The translations under genes and the position numbers were made by a program. Below the pieces are notes generated by a model, which was not told the DNA's origin, did not search any database, and saw nothing but the letters and a program-made list of their open reading frames with translations. From a virus (Duplodnaviria > Caudoviricetes), in the IMG/VR virus record IMGVR_UViG_3300030376_006284, positions 8,658-72,657 of that record: 64,000 nt of DNA. The stretch is one strand, 5' to 3'. Below are positions 37,001 through 49,000 of the stretch, piece after piece; the first letter of the stretch is position 1, and every line of letters begins with the position of its first letter.

Positions 37001-40000
37001 TTCTGGTTTTCTAAATCTTTGATTGCGTCATAGGAATTTTGAATACTTTCTTTATATACTATATCCTTTAATTGGCTGTCATACATTTTAGGGCCTAACA
37101 ATGCGAAGATCCTTTCTACGTCCACATCAAAAGTTGCTGACAATTCTTCAGATACATTTTCTTCGGCTTGTTTCTTTTCAGAAAACATTTGAGAAAAAGT
37201 TTTGTCTCCTCTGATTTTAGTAAACTGTTTAAGATCCTTATCAGACTCCAAGTCACCACCGAACTCACTTAAGTAAGGAACCATATAATTCCTAAGAAAA
37301 TTCTTTAAAGATTCTCCACCTAAAGATCTGGGTTTTTGCCTAGCTTTAATGGTAGTTGGTTTTAAAGAGTTGGGTTTACCTGTAATTTTTTCTACTGCTT
37401 GTACAGCTTCTTCGCCTGTCCAATTTCCTTTTACAACAAGATCAACTTTCCTTGGAGGCTCAACTGCTTTAGCTTCTTTAATAATATTTTCAGGGACATT
37501 ATCTTCTATAAGTTTTATAATATTAGAATCAGCTTTACCCTTTAAATATGGGGTAAAAAAGTTCTGCATAAAATCTTTAAAAGATTTCCCACCTATCTTA
37601 CGAATGGTCGTGTATGGTTTTCCAAGAGGGGGAGTTTTAGATGAATTAGGTTTACCTGTAATTTTTTCTATGGCCTTGATAGCATCTTCTCCTGAAAAAT
37701 TATTTCTTATATATCTTTCAAGCTGTACATGCCCTCCAAGCCTAAATGTATTTGTGTAGGAAGTCGAAGAAGCTCCTTTAATAATTTCAGGGGGGACATT
37801 ACTTTCAATTAATTTCCTAAGTTCTTGTAACTTCTTTGGAGTAAAATATTCTGCTGATGCTTCGGCTTCTTTCTGAATATCGTAAATAGTTTGCCTTTTA
37901 TTACGCAGATCTCCTGAACGTATTTTAGAGTACTGTAGTCCCTGTTCCGAATCCGCAGCCACATTTGCCCCAGCCGCAAAAGGCTTTTCAATTAACACAG
38001 CTTCTGGGTTAATTTTTACATCAAAAGTTTTTGATCCTTTAATATTTACTATAGCTTCTGGCAAAACTTCTTTAACAAAAGCATTAAGACTTTCACTGTT
38101 GAAACCTTTTTGAAAACTATTTTTAGTTACGATTTCAGCAGGGCCTACCACTTTAAGACCTTTAGTATTAAATACATCAAGTACACTACGAGCAGTTACT
38201 ACTGCCTTGCCTCCTTCTTTTAGAGATTTATAAATGTCTTGTAAAATCTCAACCCTTTCATCAGCCGTGGCAACGTTCATAACTACGTTGTTTATAATAA
38301 AATCTTGAGACTCAGCGGGCGGGTTCTTTTTAAGAGTAGGAGCAACAGATCCTTCTGCATCTTGGAAATAAGGTTCCAAAGAATTAAATGCAAAATCTGT
38401 TCCCCATTTTCCTCCCATCTTTCCTCCCTTACGTACATAACTATTTTTAGAAAGTTCTTCTAGAGCGGGAGAGCCTAAACCTTTCCCTGAGCCCCAATCC
38501 AAAATGTTAAACGTGTAGTCTTTAGATAATTTACCTCTAACTATATCCGTAACAGATTCTCTTTTGTACGTTTCCTCAGCTGTTTTCTCAATGAAATCCC
38601 ACAAGTTTCTATATGTTTCAACCGTATTAGGGCGTTGGGTGTTTTTACTATCTTCTTGTTTTAAATTATAGTTCTTATCTAAGAACTCTCTTGTAGCATG
38701 GGGTTTGTTTAACCCCAACGCTTCTATACGTAAAATGCCATACTTAGGATCAGCGTCAGCAACCCTCTGAGGATTTGGTGACTTAACTTTTTTCTGTGCC
38801 TTTAATGCCTTTGCTTCTTTTATTGCTGCTTTGGCCCCCGACGTAGTAGCCCATTGCTCTGCTGTGTATAGCTCAGGATCAACATACCTATTCATTGACG
38901 CTACTTCTAAAGCAGCTTTTACTGTTGAGCTCAGAAGAGACTCTCGAATAGGAACTCCTCTTGAAGAGACATAGTCTGGGTTTAATCTAAAATTGTTAAT
39001 AAGATCTGTTATAAGATCAACGAACTTATCCCAAAGACTTTTGCTCTCTCCTTCTGCATCAGCCTCAGGATCACGAATAGACATTAACCATTCTTGAAAC
39101 TCAATATTAGAAAAAGATTCTGTAACAAATTCGTCTATATTTCCTAACCCATAAAAATTAGATTTGGAAGTAGGATTGAAGTTACTCATAGCCGACGTAG
39201 CATAAGTAGTTCTTTTAGTTGGCGCATCAAAACCAAAGCTTCCTTTTTTTAAGAGATAAGTGTCTCCGTAATCTATTGCTGTTAAGTAAAGCTTGAGTAT
39301 ATCCCGTATAGGCTGAGGTGTGTTCTCATCTTCGGATACTTTTTTATACCCATTCTTTAATGCTTTTTTATCTAAGTTTCTTCTCGGAAGTTTACTTTCA
39401 ATAAATTTATCAAACTGCCTTTGGGTAGCTTGGTGCATAATCTCATGGATTACAGTTGATGGGGGCACACCTTTTAATATAAACTTGGCTATTGTTTTTA
39501 CTTTTGTTTTATCGGATGCAAAATTTTTGCCTTCATTAAGAAAAAATTCAGTGTTAGTAAAATCTTCAACATAATTCCACCCAATAATTTTTTGAAGTTC
39601 GGGTTTCTTTTTAAAGTTAAGATGATCCTCATCAGTACTTTCTCTATCCCCTGCATAATATTTTACAAACCTTTCAAGAATAATTTTTTGTTCGTCTGAA
39701 AGATCAGAATAATCTCCGTAATCATTTATGTCAGGTGTTTCATCGAACGCAGAGTAATTATCGTTTTCATATTCTAACCCTTTTTTTATTCCGTCCCAAT
39801 TTAGTATCGCATCTATTGGGTGTTTAAATTTTGAGTGCAGCCATTCTTTAACTGTAAGTGTTTCTAATTTTTGTGTAGCACTTTCTTTTATAGCGTTTGG
39901 GTAATCAGAAGGAACATTAAGTGTCTCTTTGTTGCCTAAGAAAACCCCACGATCAGGACTTGAGTAAGAATGATCTCTTTCAGATCTTCTAACTCGGACA

Positions 40001-43000
40001 TTTAAAAGATCGTCGGAAAAAGTTTCGAGTAAAGTCTGAGCCATTTCTTTAAATATAGTAGGCTCTCCAGTCTTAACATTTTTAGTATTAACTACGGTTT
40101 CTAAAATGTTTCTTATATTTGTATTTAATTTGTCATCTACAGAAACCATAGCTGAACCACGCTCGTCGACTCTTGATGCGTAATCGTAGGGATTCCGCAA
40201 TGTGTTTTCTACTTGAGCTAACCTATTTAAGTCGTCATCAACAGGAACTTCTTCGTATTTAAGATCATCCTGAAGTGGTGCGAGCCTCAAAGTTAAAGGC
40301 ATTACACTCCCCCCTTCATATCTAACTGGAGACAAATCTTTTATTTCTTCAGCTAGAGATTCGTTATAAGAATCCTCCCCTACATCAAAAACTATTTCTG
40401 CTTCTTCTCCATAGAATCTCCTTGCAGTTTCTAGTCCTGCTCCTGAAAGATAATAAGGTTCTGTCGTACCGCTTCTGATTGTAACTAATAGAGAGCCATC
40501 TTCTTTTATAACTTCAGTTACAAGAAGAAACTCTTGAAGCCCTAACGCTCTTGAAATATATATAGAAGGAGAAGGAGTAAATGCATATTTGTTGGCGGGT
40601 GTTAGTATAAAATCTCTGCTTAATTTGTTTTCTCCTTTAAGTAAATCATCTCCTTTTGGGTTTTTTACAACTTCAATATCTCGTTCAATACCACCCTTTC
40701 TAAAATCAGGAGCTTGAAAAGTAAATGAATTGGGTATCCTTTTCTCTGCTTGGTCGGAAGCTTCTCTCAATAAATTAAATAATTGATCTGCGTGTCTTTG
40801 TATATTTTTAGTGTTAGCTAATTTTTTGTATTTAGCGTCTAAGTTTTGCCAAGATATAGAACTGAATTGTTTTGGTTTTTCTATACCTTTTTTAACTGTC
40901 AATGGAGCAGCTTGACCCCAGTCAGGTCTCCCTACCCCTATACCTCTTTTGAGGTTAGCTGAGTCTATCGTTTCGCTTACAGACAACGCTTCTTCTTCAG
41001 GCATTCCTTTCGCTTTAGAAGTCTGAACAAACTTTATTATATCTTCTTGAGCTTCTTCAAAAGTAATGTCTCCTAGTTCATAGCTATTCCATATTTCTGC
41101 TACTACCCTTACGTGGTTTTTATTGCTCTTCCATTTAGGGGGGAACAATTGTCTGACCGCTTCCCATGTTATTGATTGAACTTCTCTAACTAAATAGTTA
41201 GCTCCTGACAAATCGTTTTGGAAAGCTACTGATCTATATGCTTCAGCAAAAGCAGGATACAATCCGCTCAACCCTAAAGTAGCATCAGATGATGTACCCT
41301 TACCACCAAAGTTCTGAGTAACCTCAGTGCTATTTCCACTGACAGGTTTTAATAAAAGAGCAGCTATGGCGTGTGTGTCCATAGTAACATGACCCGAAGT
41401 ATTTGAAGGGTCTGCGATGTTATTGTAAAAAGAACGGACTTTATGCATGAGCCCCAGTTCTTTAGATACAGACTCCATCTCTTGATCTTGAGAAGCTTCT
41501 AGTATTCTAATAGACTTCTCTATAGTAGAGTAACTACCCCACGCTATAGAACGAGGCTTACCTTTGTCTGATAAAGTAGGTCTATCTAAGATAGCTCCAT
41601 CAGGTCTAATAACATTAAAAGTCTTAGGATCTCTAAAGGATGCGTTTGCCGTAGCTTCAGAGAACATTCTTACAAATCGAGCTTGTAGTGCTTCTTTGCT
41701 GTAAGAAACTTTTTTACCTTTAAAATTAAAAGATATAGGTTGTATGTCTTTAAGTGCTTTACCTCTTAATCCAAGATTTAATATCTTAGCTTCTTTGTCT
41801 CTTTTGTCTTTAGCTTTCTGGCTGTCCCAATTATTAAATTGAAGTATGCCCTCGCTGTCTGTTGCGTGGTTTCCTTCGTCATCATATACAGGAGTTGCGT
41901 TGCCTTCATAATAAGAATTACCATTTTTATCTGTTTTTAATTCTGGCTCTCCCGCTCTTTTTAAAAAGTTATTAGCCATAGATGAATCAAAAACATATCC
42001 CTGACGAGCAGTGAATATATGCATTATCCGCTCTGCTAAAGCGACGTTCATGTACCAGTCTTTTTGTGGGCTATTAACAGCTAGAATAGCGGATGATTGC
42101 TCCAAAGAAATATTGTAAGCATCAGCAAACCTGTTGGCTATTAAGTTTGCACCATCATACCAAAGAGAAGCAAACACTCTCAAGTCTTGAGGGAACATCC
42201 TTATAAGCATGCCTAAGTTCTTAGTAGCTACATCATTTAAAGAAGAATAAATTCTGTCTGCTTGTTCTATTGGATAAGCTTTTTCAGCTTTTGCTAAAGC
42301 TTTTAGCTTAGAGGACAGTCTATCTGTTTTAGTTTTAAGGTCTGCACTAAACTTAGTAAGTTGATTTTCTTTTTTCTTAATTGCTTCTAGCTTAACAATT
42401 AAACTTTTAGCTCCTACCCTAACAGGTTTTCCGTCTTTAATATCTTGAGCCAACTCTTCAATAATGTCTACTGCCTTCGCAGACGATATTTTTATTTCAG
42501 ATCTAAGGACTTTAGGTTTGCTATACTCTTTAAGAGCACTGTTCATAACAGTCTTAGCTGCTCTAACATTGCCTTTTAGTCTGGCTCCTTTGCGTAATAA
42601 ATCTTCTATCTTAGAATTTAATTCCTCAATAAGAATAGCTGGTTTACTTTCTTCTAAAAGCACAGACTCAATCTCTGCTTTTTGTTCTTCTAAAGCTTTT
42701 GCTCTATCGCTGTTGCCTACAGCAGAAGCTTTCCTAATTTCAGCATTTATATTTTTAACTTCTTTCCTAACAGAAGCTCTTAAATTTTTCTTAGCTCGTG
42801 TAAGAGAAGTTCTTAATCTCTTAACATCTGAGTTCAGTTTATTTGAAGCTTTCTCAGAATCTTTAAAAGATTGTCTTGCTTCGTCAGCCCTTTCTTTTCT
42901 CTCAGGTTTAAGTTGATCTGATTTTTCTTTTACTTTGAAACTTATTAAATCGCTTACAAGTTTCTTTTTAGATTGTGCTATGTCTTGTATAGCTTCTTCT

Positions 43001-46000
43001 TTTTTAATCTCTGCTTTGTCTACAGGATTTTTAGCCTTCCTTACTTTTTCTAGTAAAGGATCTCCTGAAAATTCTTTTGCAACTATAGGGAAGTTCAAAA
43101 GAACAAGTGCATTCTTTTTGTACGCTTCAGGATTTAATCTTAAAGATGCTAGATCTACCTGATTGTTTGGGTCAGCTCCCTGACCTTCTGTTCCTTTTGC
43201 AGAGGGACTCCTTGTACCTACAGTCTTGCCAACAACAACGTTTCTCTTTACTTCTTCAGGATCTATTTCTGACATCCACTCCTCTCGCTCTTCTTCCTCT
43301 GGAGCGACTGTGTTTATCTCATTGCCTATTAAAGTGTTTTGTTTTCCATAAACTCCTAAGTCTATATCTAAATCATCTAATTGTGTAGGGTCAGGTTTCC
43401 TACGGAATCCTTGTCTAGCTGCTTTAAACTCACTAGCTATTTTGTTAACAGCTATTTCAAAATAAGGCCCCATCTTAGAATCTTTGTTGAGTTGATTTTT
43501 AGATCTAATCCTACCCATCAAAAAGTTCTCTATGTATTTTTTATACAAAGATAGTATTCCTTGGTTATCTTTAATCTTTAGCCAATCAAAATCAGTTTCT
43601 GTAGATCCTCGTCTACTAACCAAAGAAACATGTTTTCTTACAAGCTCTTCAAATAAATATTCTTCTAAGCTTTCTTTAATAGATCTGTTCTTATTATTTA
43701 TTTCTACACCTTCGGGTAAGTCTAAATACTCAGGCTGACCCATACGTAAATACGTTATTACTTTTTCAACGGGGTACCCTTTTATAGGCTCATTGTATTC
43801 TTTAGCCATTCTGATGAGAGCGTTAGCTCCTAACTTGTCAGCGTTGACAAGTTCTTCTATGGCGTTTTGCCTTTCTTTGTATGTTAAAGTTTCCCAAGAT
43901 ATTTGATGAATTAATTCTTCATCAATAGCTAGATTTATTATAGCTTTACCAGCAGCTGGTTTGTTCTGCGCTAGCAAATCTTTCACCATTTCAGAATTAA
44001 TGCCTATAGCTTTTCTAGCAGAGTCGTACCAAGCAACATAAGGCTCTCCATTACTTTCGTAAGCTTGAGTTCCTTCTCTTAATAATCTCCTCTTTACAGA
44101 GCGTAAGATTTTATCTGCTAAACGAGATTGTTTTTTGATAGCTTTATCTTTTATGTCGGGAGCTTCTTCAGCTTCATCAGGGTCTATGTCGGCTACGCCT
44201 TCTTTTGTAGGCTCAACAACTTCTTCTGGAGAAGATATAGAAGATAACTGAACATCTAAATCTGTTTGGTCTTGGACTTCGGGGTTAACATTTGATACGG
44301 GCAGCCCATCCAAAAGACGAATACCTAAACCTTTATCCGCTAATTGTTCTATGTGTGAAGCTATTTTTTCTTTGACAGGATCAGACAGTCTTCCTATTCT
44401 GACTCCTACAGGATCAGCTTCTTTAAGAGCTACTATATCTTCTTCTGTTAAACTTCTGCTAAAATCAACAGACTTCGGAACTGCCAATAAAACAGGGGGT
44501 TGTCCTTGTCTTATCTTAATAACAAAAGCTACGTTATTTCCATCAAATTCTCCCTCTAGTATCATCCTTGAAAATAAAGGATTCTGAAGTATAGCTTCTC
44601 TTAAAGGAGACAAATCGTCATCGGTTCTTACATCACTTAAATCTACAGCTACAGAGTTAGTTGAAGAAACTAAAGCTACTTTAGTATTGGCATCAGAATT
44701 ATAATCTGACCCTTCCTCAAGTAATAAGTTATTTACTTTTGTAGGTTCTATTAAATTAGGATTAGTGCTATTAACTATAGATACTCCTTCTACATATGTC
44801 TGCGCTTCATCTATGCTCAGTCCTTCGATGACGACAGTATCCCCTGTGTCTTGGTTAAAACCGTGAACTACTCCAGCTTTTTCAGGTTGGGGTACATTAA
44901 AGTCTAAACTTTTTACGATTGGGATATCTAGAGAAGGGGCAGAAGAAACGTTTACTACTTGAGGTATAGATGTTTGAGAGGCAACTGGTATATCTTCTAA
45001 AGACTCTACTCCTTCAACACCCTCTACGCCTTGCTCGCCTTGAGCTCCCTCTACGCTTTCGTTGTTTTCAATTATTTTACTGAACTCTTCAGGAGTAATC
45101 TTTTCTAACTCAGTAAAAAACTCTGAAGTTAACTTATCGGATATGTTGTTGATGTACTCTCTAATAACTGGTCTAAAAGTATCTTGTGCAGTTTTAACAG
45201 CAGCTCTTAAATAATCTAATATATCTAAGAGTTTTTCTTTCACTGAATTTGATAATGCTCCTCCCCGTGCTTTACCTCCCCATGCAGATTTTTCTACCTC
45301 TTTAGTACCTCCTAATAATTCAAATTGAACCAGTGAATTAATATGGGCAGTAACTAGTATTTCTTTATCTGTTACTTTACTTTCTAGCCCTTCAACAAGA
45401 TCTTCTCCTAAAACAAAAGAAGCAGCTCTGTCTCTTTCGTAAGGGCTCATCTCTTCATAGATTGCTGTTCTTTCTCTGGTTATAAAATCTTTAAGGCTAA
45501 GAGTCCCTGTAGATTCTTGATCTAAAAGTAAAAATTTATTTCTGCTAGATACTAATTCAAAAGCAGCAGCCATTGATTCGACAAAAGAACTTTTAACAAA
45601 CTTAGACCTTCTTGCTTTAGGAATAGAGGAAGATGTTTCCGCTATGTTACTTGTGTTTAAAACCAAAACAACTTTTCCTTCATTGGTAATATCAACGAAA
45701 TATTCATTACCAGTTAGGCTCTGATACTTTTCAGATTCAGGGTCTATGTCTAAACCTAACTGTATCAGTGTATCTTCTGACGGGTCAGTGACTACTGTTA
45801 CGTCATTGTTTTTTAAGCTTACCCTATTTTGATCTACAAAAGTATCTACTGCTAATTGGATTCCTTCTTGCTTGGCTAGTTGATCAGCTTGGTCTTTTAC
45901 GTTTGGAAGCAGAGGATAATCTACTATTTCTACAAGAGAAGACTCCTGCCTATCATTTACTTTTTTCTTCCTAACACTAACTCTAGCTACGCTAGCATCT

Positions 46001-49000
46001 TTAGTATAAGCTACACGAACTTCTCCAGAACCATCTTTAGGCACATACTCTACTTGATATAAGTTAGAGCCTTCTTTTGTTTCTATCTCCGACATTCCTG
46101 TAATGTCTTCTGCTAAAACCGTTACTACTTCTTCAGGATCTCTATCTGCATCAATAACAGTATTGGCAGTAGTAGTCATATTAAAAGAACCTGCTGGTGC
46201 TACAGGGTCTTTAACAAAACCAGAAAGAAGCTGTCTCCTGTTTTGTTCTAAAACTTCAGCTGTCATAGGAGCTCCATTCTCCCGCAGTGCTGCTGCTTTT
46301 TCATTAATCTCTGCGGCTTCAGCTATAACCTCATCAACAGCTTCTCTATATACTGCTTCTGTTATTGCTGACTCATCAGGGCCTAGCTTTAATTTACTTT
46401 TAACTTTGGCTGCTAAAGTAGCTATTGCGGGTATGCCTCCTCCCATGAACCCCCCTAAGACAGCAGCGTGTATTGTATTAGCCATCCTGTCTCCGAAAGA
46501 AATGTTTTCATTTAAAACTTTCTGATCAACAAAGCTTCCCAAAAACTCATCTAGTCCCTCCTCTATACTTTCAGGAAGCACGTACTTTCTAAAAGCGAAT
46601 GGTAATTTTTTTGTAACTAATCCAGTAAGTCCGTGAGCAATAGACTTGCTTAAACCTTCTCTTCCTGTCTTAGCCGCAACCTCTGCTACTATTCTATTTA
46701 ATAAAGAATTTCCTGCTTTATCTGTAGCAGAAGACATTTTGATAAGCTCTTTATAACTAGCTCTTGCGTGTCTAATGCCCTTAATATCGTGAATGGTTCT
46801 CATTCTTTTAGCACCAAAGGATTCAACACTTCCTTTTCCTGCTACAGAAAATCCAACAGTGATCCCAGCAGTAATTAAACCTCTAAAGAGAGCACCCCCT
46901 AAAGCGGCTTTTCTCTTTTCCTCATAAGTCATAGAGTCAGGCATCGCATCCATGTAAGTGTAATAAGACATGCTTGCTGATCTAACTCCTGCGGGAGCTC
47001 CTACACTAAAAGCAACTCTTCCTAAATCTGTAAGCTTGTTTGTTTTACCTCCTGATATTGCAGTTAAGTCGTCAACAAGTTTTGTTATAACGTTAGTAGA
47101 TGATCCCTTCAACGGAACTAACCCATCTTTATCAAGGATAAGACGAGTGGCTTTATCTTTTAAAAGTTTAGAATCTGTAGTTAAAAAAGCATCTCTTAAG
47201 GCTCTACTTGTAGCAGCGTTTGAAGATATCGTATACCCTTTTGAAGCAAGTTGCTTTGTTAAAAGTTTAGTGGTTCCTTTTTTAAGGCCCGCTGAAATTC
47301 CTCCAGTCAGTGCAATATCAACACCCACTTCAGGAAGTATGTTAAATGCTTCTAAAATTTTACCATCTTCCCCAAACAAAGCTGCTAGCTCTTTTCTTTT
47401 ACTAACCCGCTGTCTTGCTTTTTCATAATTGTAATAAGCTCCTTCGCTGCCCAAAAGAGCCCCTAATCCAAAAACTACGGAGAGCCCTCCATCTACAGTC
47501 CCTTTTATTGCGGCTTCCCCGTAAGCAAGTAGCTCACTATAGTTGTCTTCATCAGCTAAAAAGTCGTCGAGTATTTCATACTTCTTTTTATCTGTTGAAC
47601 TTTTTAAGTTTTCTTCAAGATACTTTGTCCAACTTTTATATATTTGCCTACCTCCCCTACCTGCTTCTGTAATTAACCTAACAGAATCGTTATAAGTATT
47701 ATTTAAATAATCTTTTCTTGATTCTTTTAAGAACTTTTTTTCCTGCTCGTTTAACTCAGGGTGCTGGGCTACAGCTTTTTCAAAAACATTTCTGTTTAGC
47801 ATTAACTGAGGGTGAGCAGATATACCAAAGTCAGCAAACTTCCTAATATTTAAATGTCTTTGCTTGTCATCTTTAAAATAATTTAAAGCTCCTGAGTTGT
47901 TTAACGCAGAACCCACTACATGAAACATACTATCTAGTATCTCCTCATCAGAAGAATCCTTTAATGAAGGCACAGCGGCCCTTAAAGAACCCGCTATTTT
48001 TTTAGGGTTCGTTAAAAACTCACGCTCTTCTTCGTTTAATCTACTAATTAATCTATCGGCATTAATAGTTAGGGGGTCTAAAGGCATCCTATTTCTAAAA
48101 ATATTTTCTCGCCCACTGCCCAAGCCAGAATAATTAATAGCCGTATCAAACCTATCACCTACAGAGCCTTTAAAGGATGCTTTAAAAGCATCAGAAAATA
48201 AACCTTTAACAGGAACAAAATAATCTGTAGCGGTAACTGCATCTACAGCAGCTTTTTCTTTTAACTCTAAATCGTTTAAACGAACTAAAATTTCTATTGC
48301 AGATAACGCTTTGCTAGCCTCAACATTTTGTTGGGCTAATTCACTCATAACCTTTCTGCGCTCCGAGTCTCCTGTGAATCTCGCTCTAAAATCATAAAGA
48401 TCGTCAGGCCCTACCCTATCAAAGCCCTCCTGTTCTTTAATATTATTAGCCGCAGTTCTCAGCTGTACTAATTTATCTTGTACTGCTGTTACGTTTTTAT
48501 TAGTTCTTTGTATCTCATCTACTGTCTTTTTGAAATCCCCATAAAACTGCAACTGCGGGGCTATGCGTAATAAATCTCCTTTTGAAACAGCTCCACTATC
48601 TAAAGCATTATTGAAAGCATTTTTAAAGTTTGGAAATTTACTTGTAAGGAATTGTGTAGAAGCAACGTTAACTTGTCTTTTACCTTCCTCATCATAGTAC
48701 GAAGAAAAAGGCAACCTATTCTCAGAAAACTCACCCGTAACTTCTCTCTTCAAAGAATCAAAGTGATCACGAGACGCAGCGTATACTTGATCTTCTTGAG
48801 ATAAATTTTCTCCTACAGGTTTTCTTTTAGAAAAAGGAGTTTGGTTTTCTTTATCTTCACCATAAAGATCAACATGGTGCGCTTTAAAAAAATCTACTTT
48901 ATCTTGATCATGGATATTAGGATTAAAAGTGTTTAACTTTTCATACAAAGCAGCTTCTTTTTCAAAAGGAACATCATCAGAAAACAGTGAGAGTTTATAA

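Noticed and set aside
32234-47672. Many 60-150 aa ORFs within the giant gene
   Set aside because: Antisense or off-frame shadows with Ser/Leu/Phe-rich composition and no motifs.
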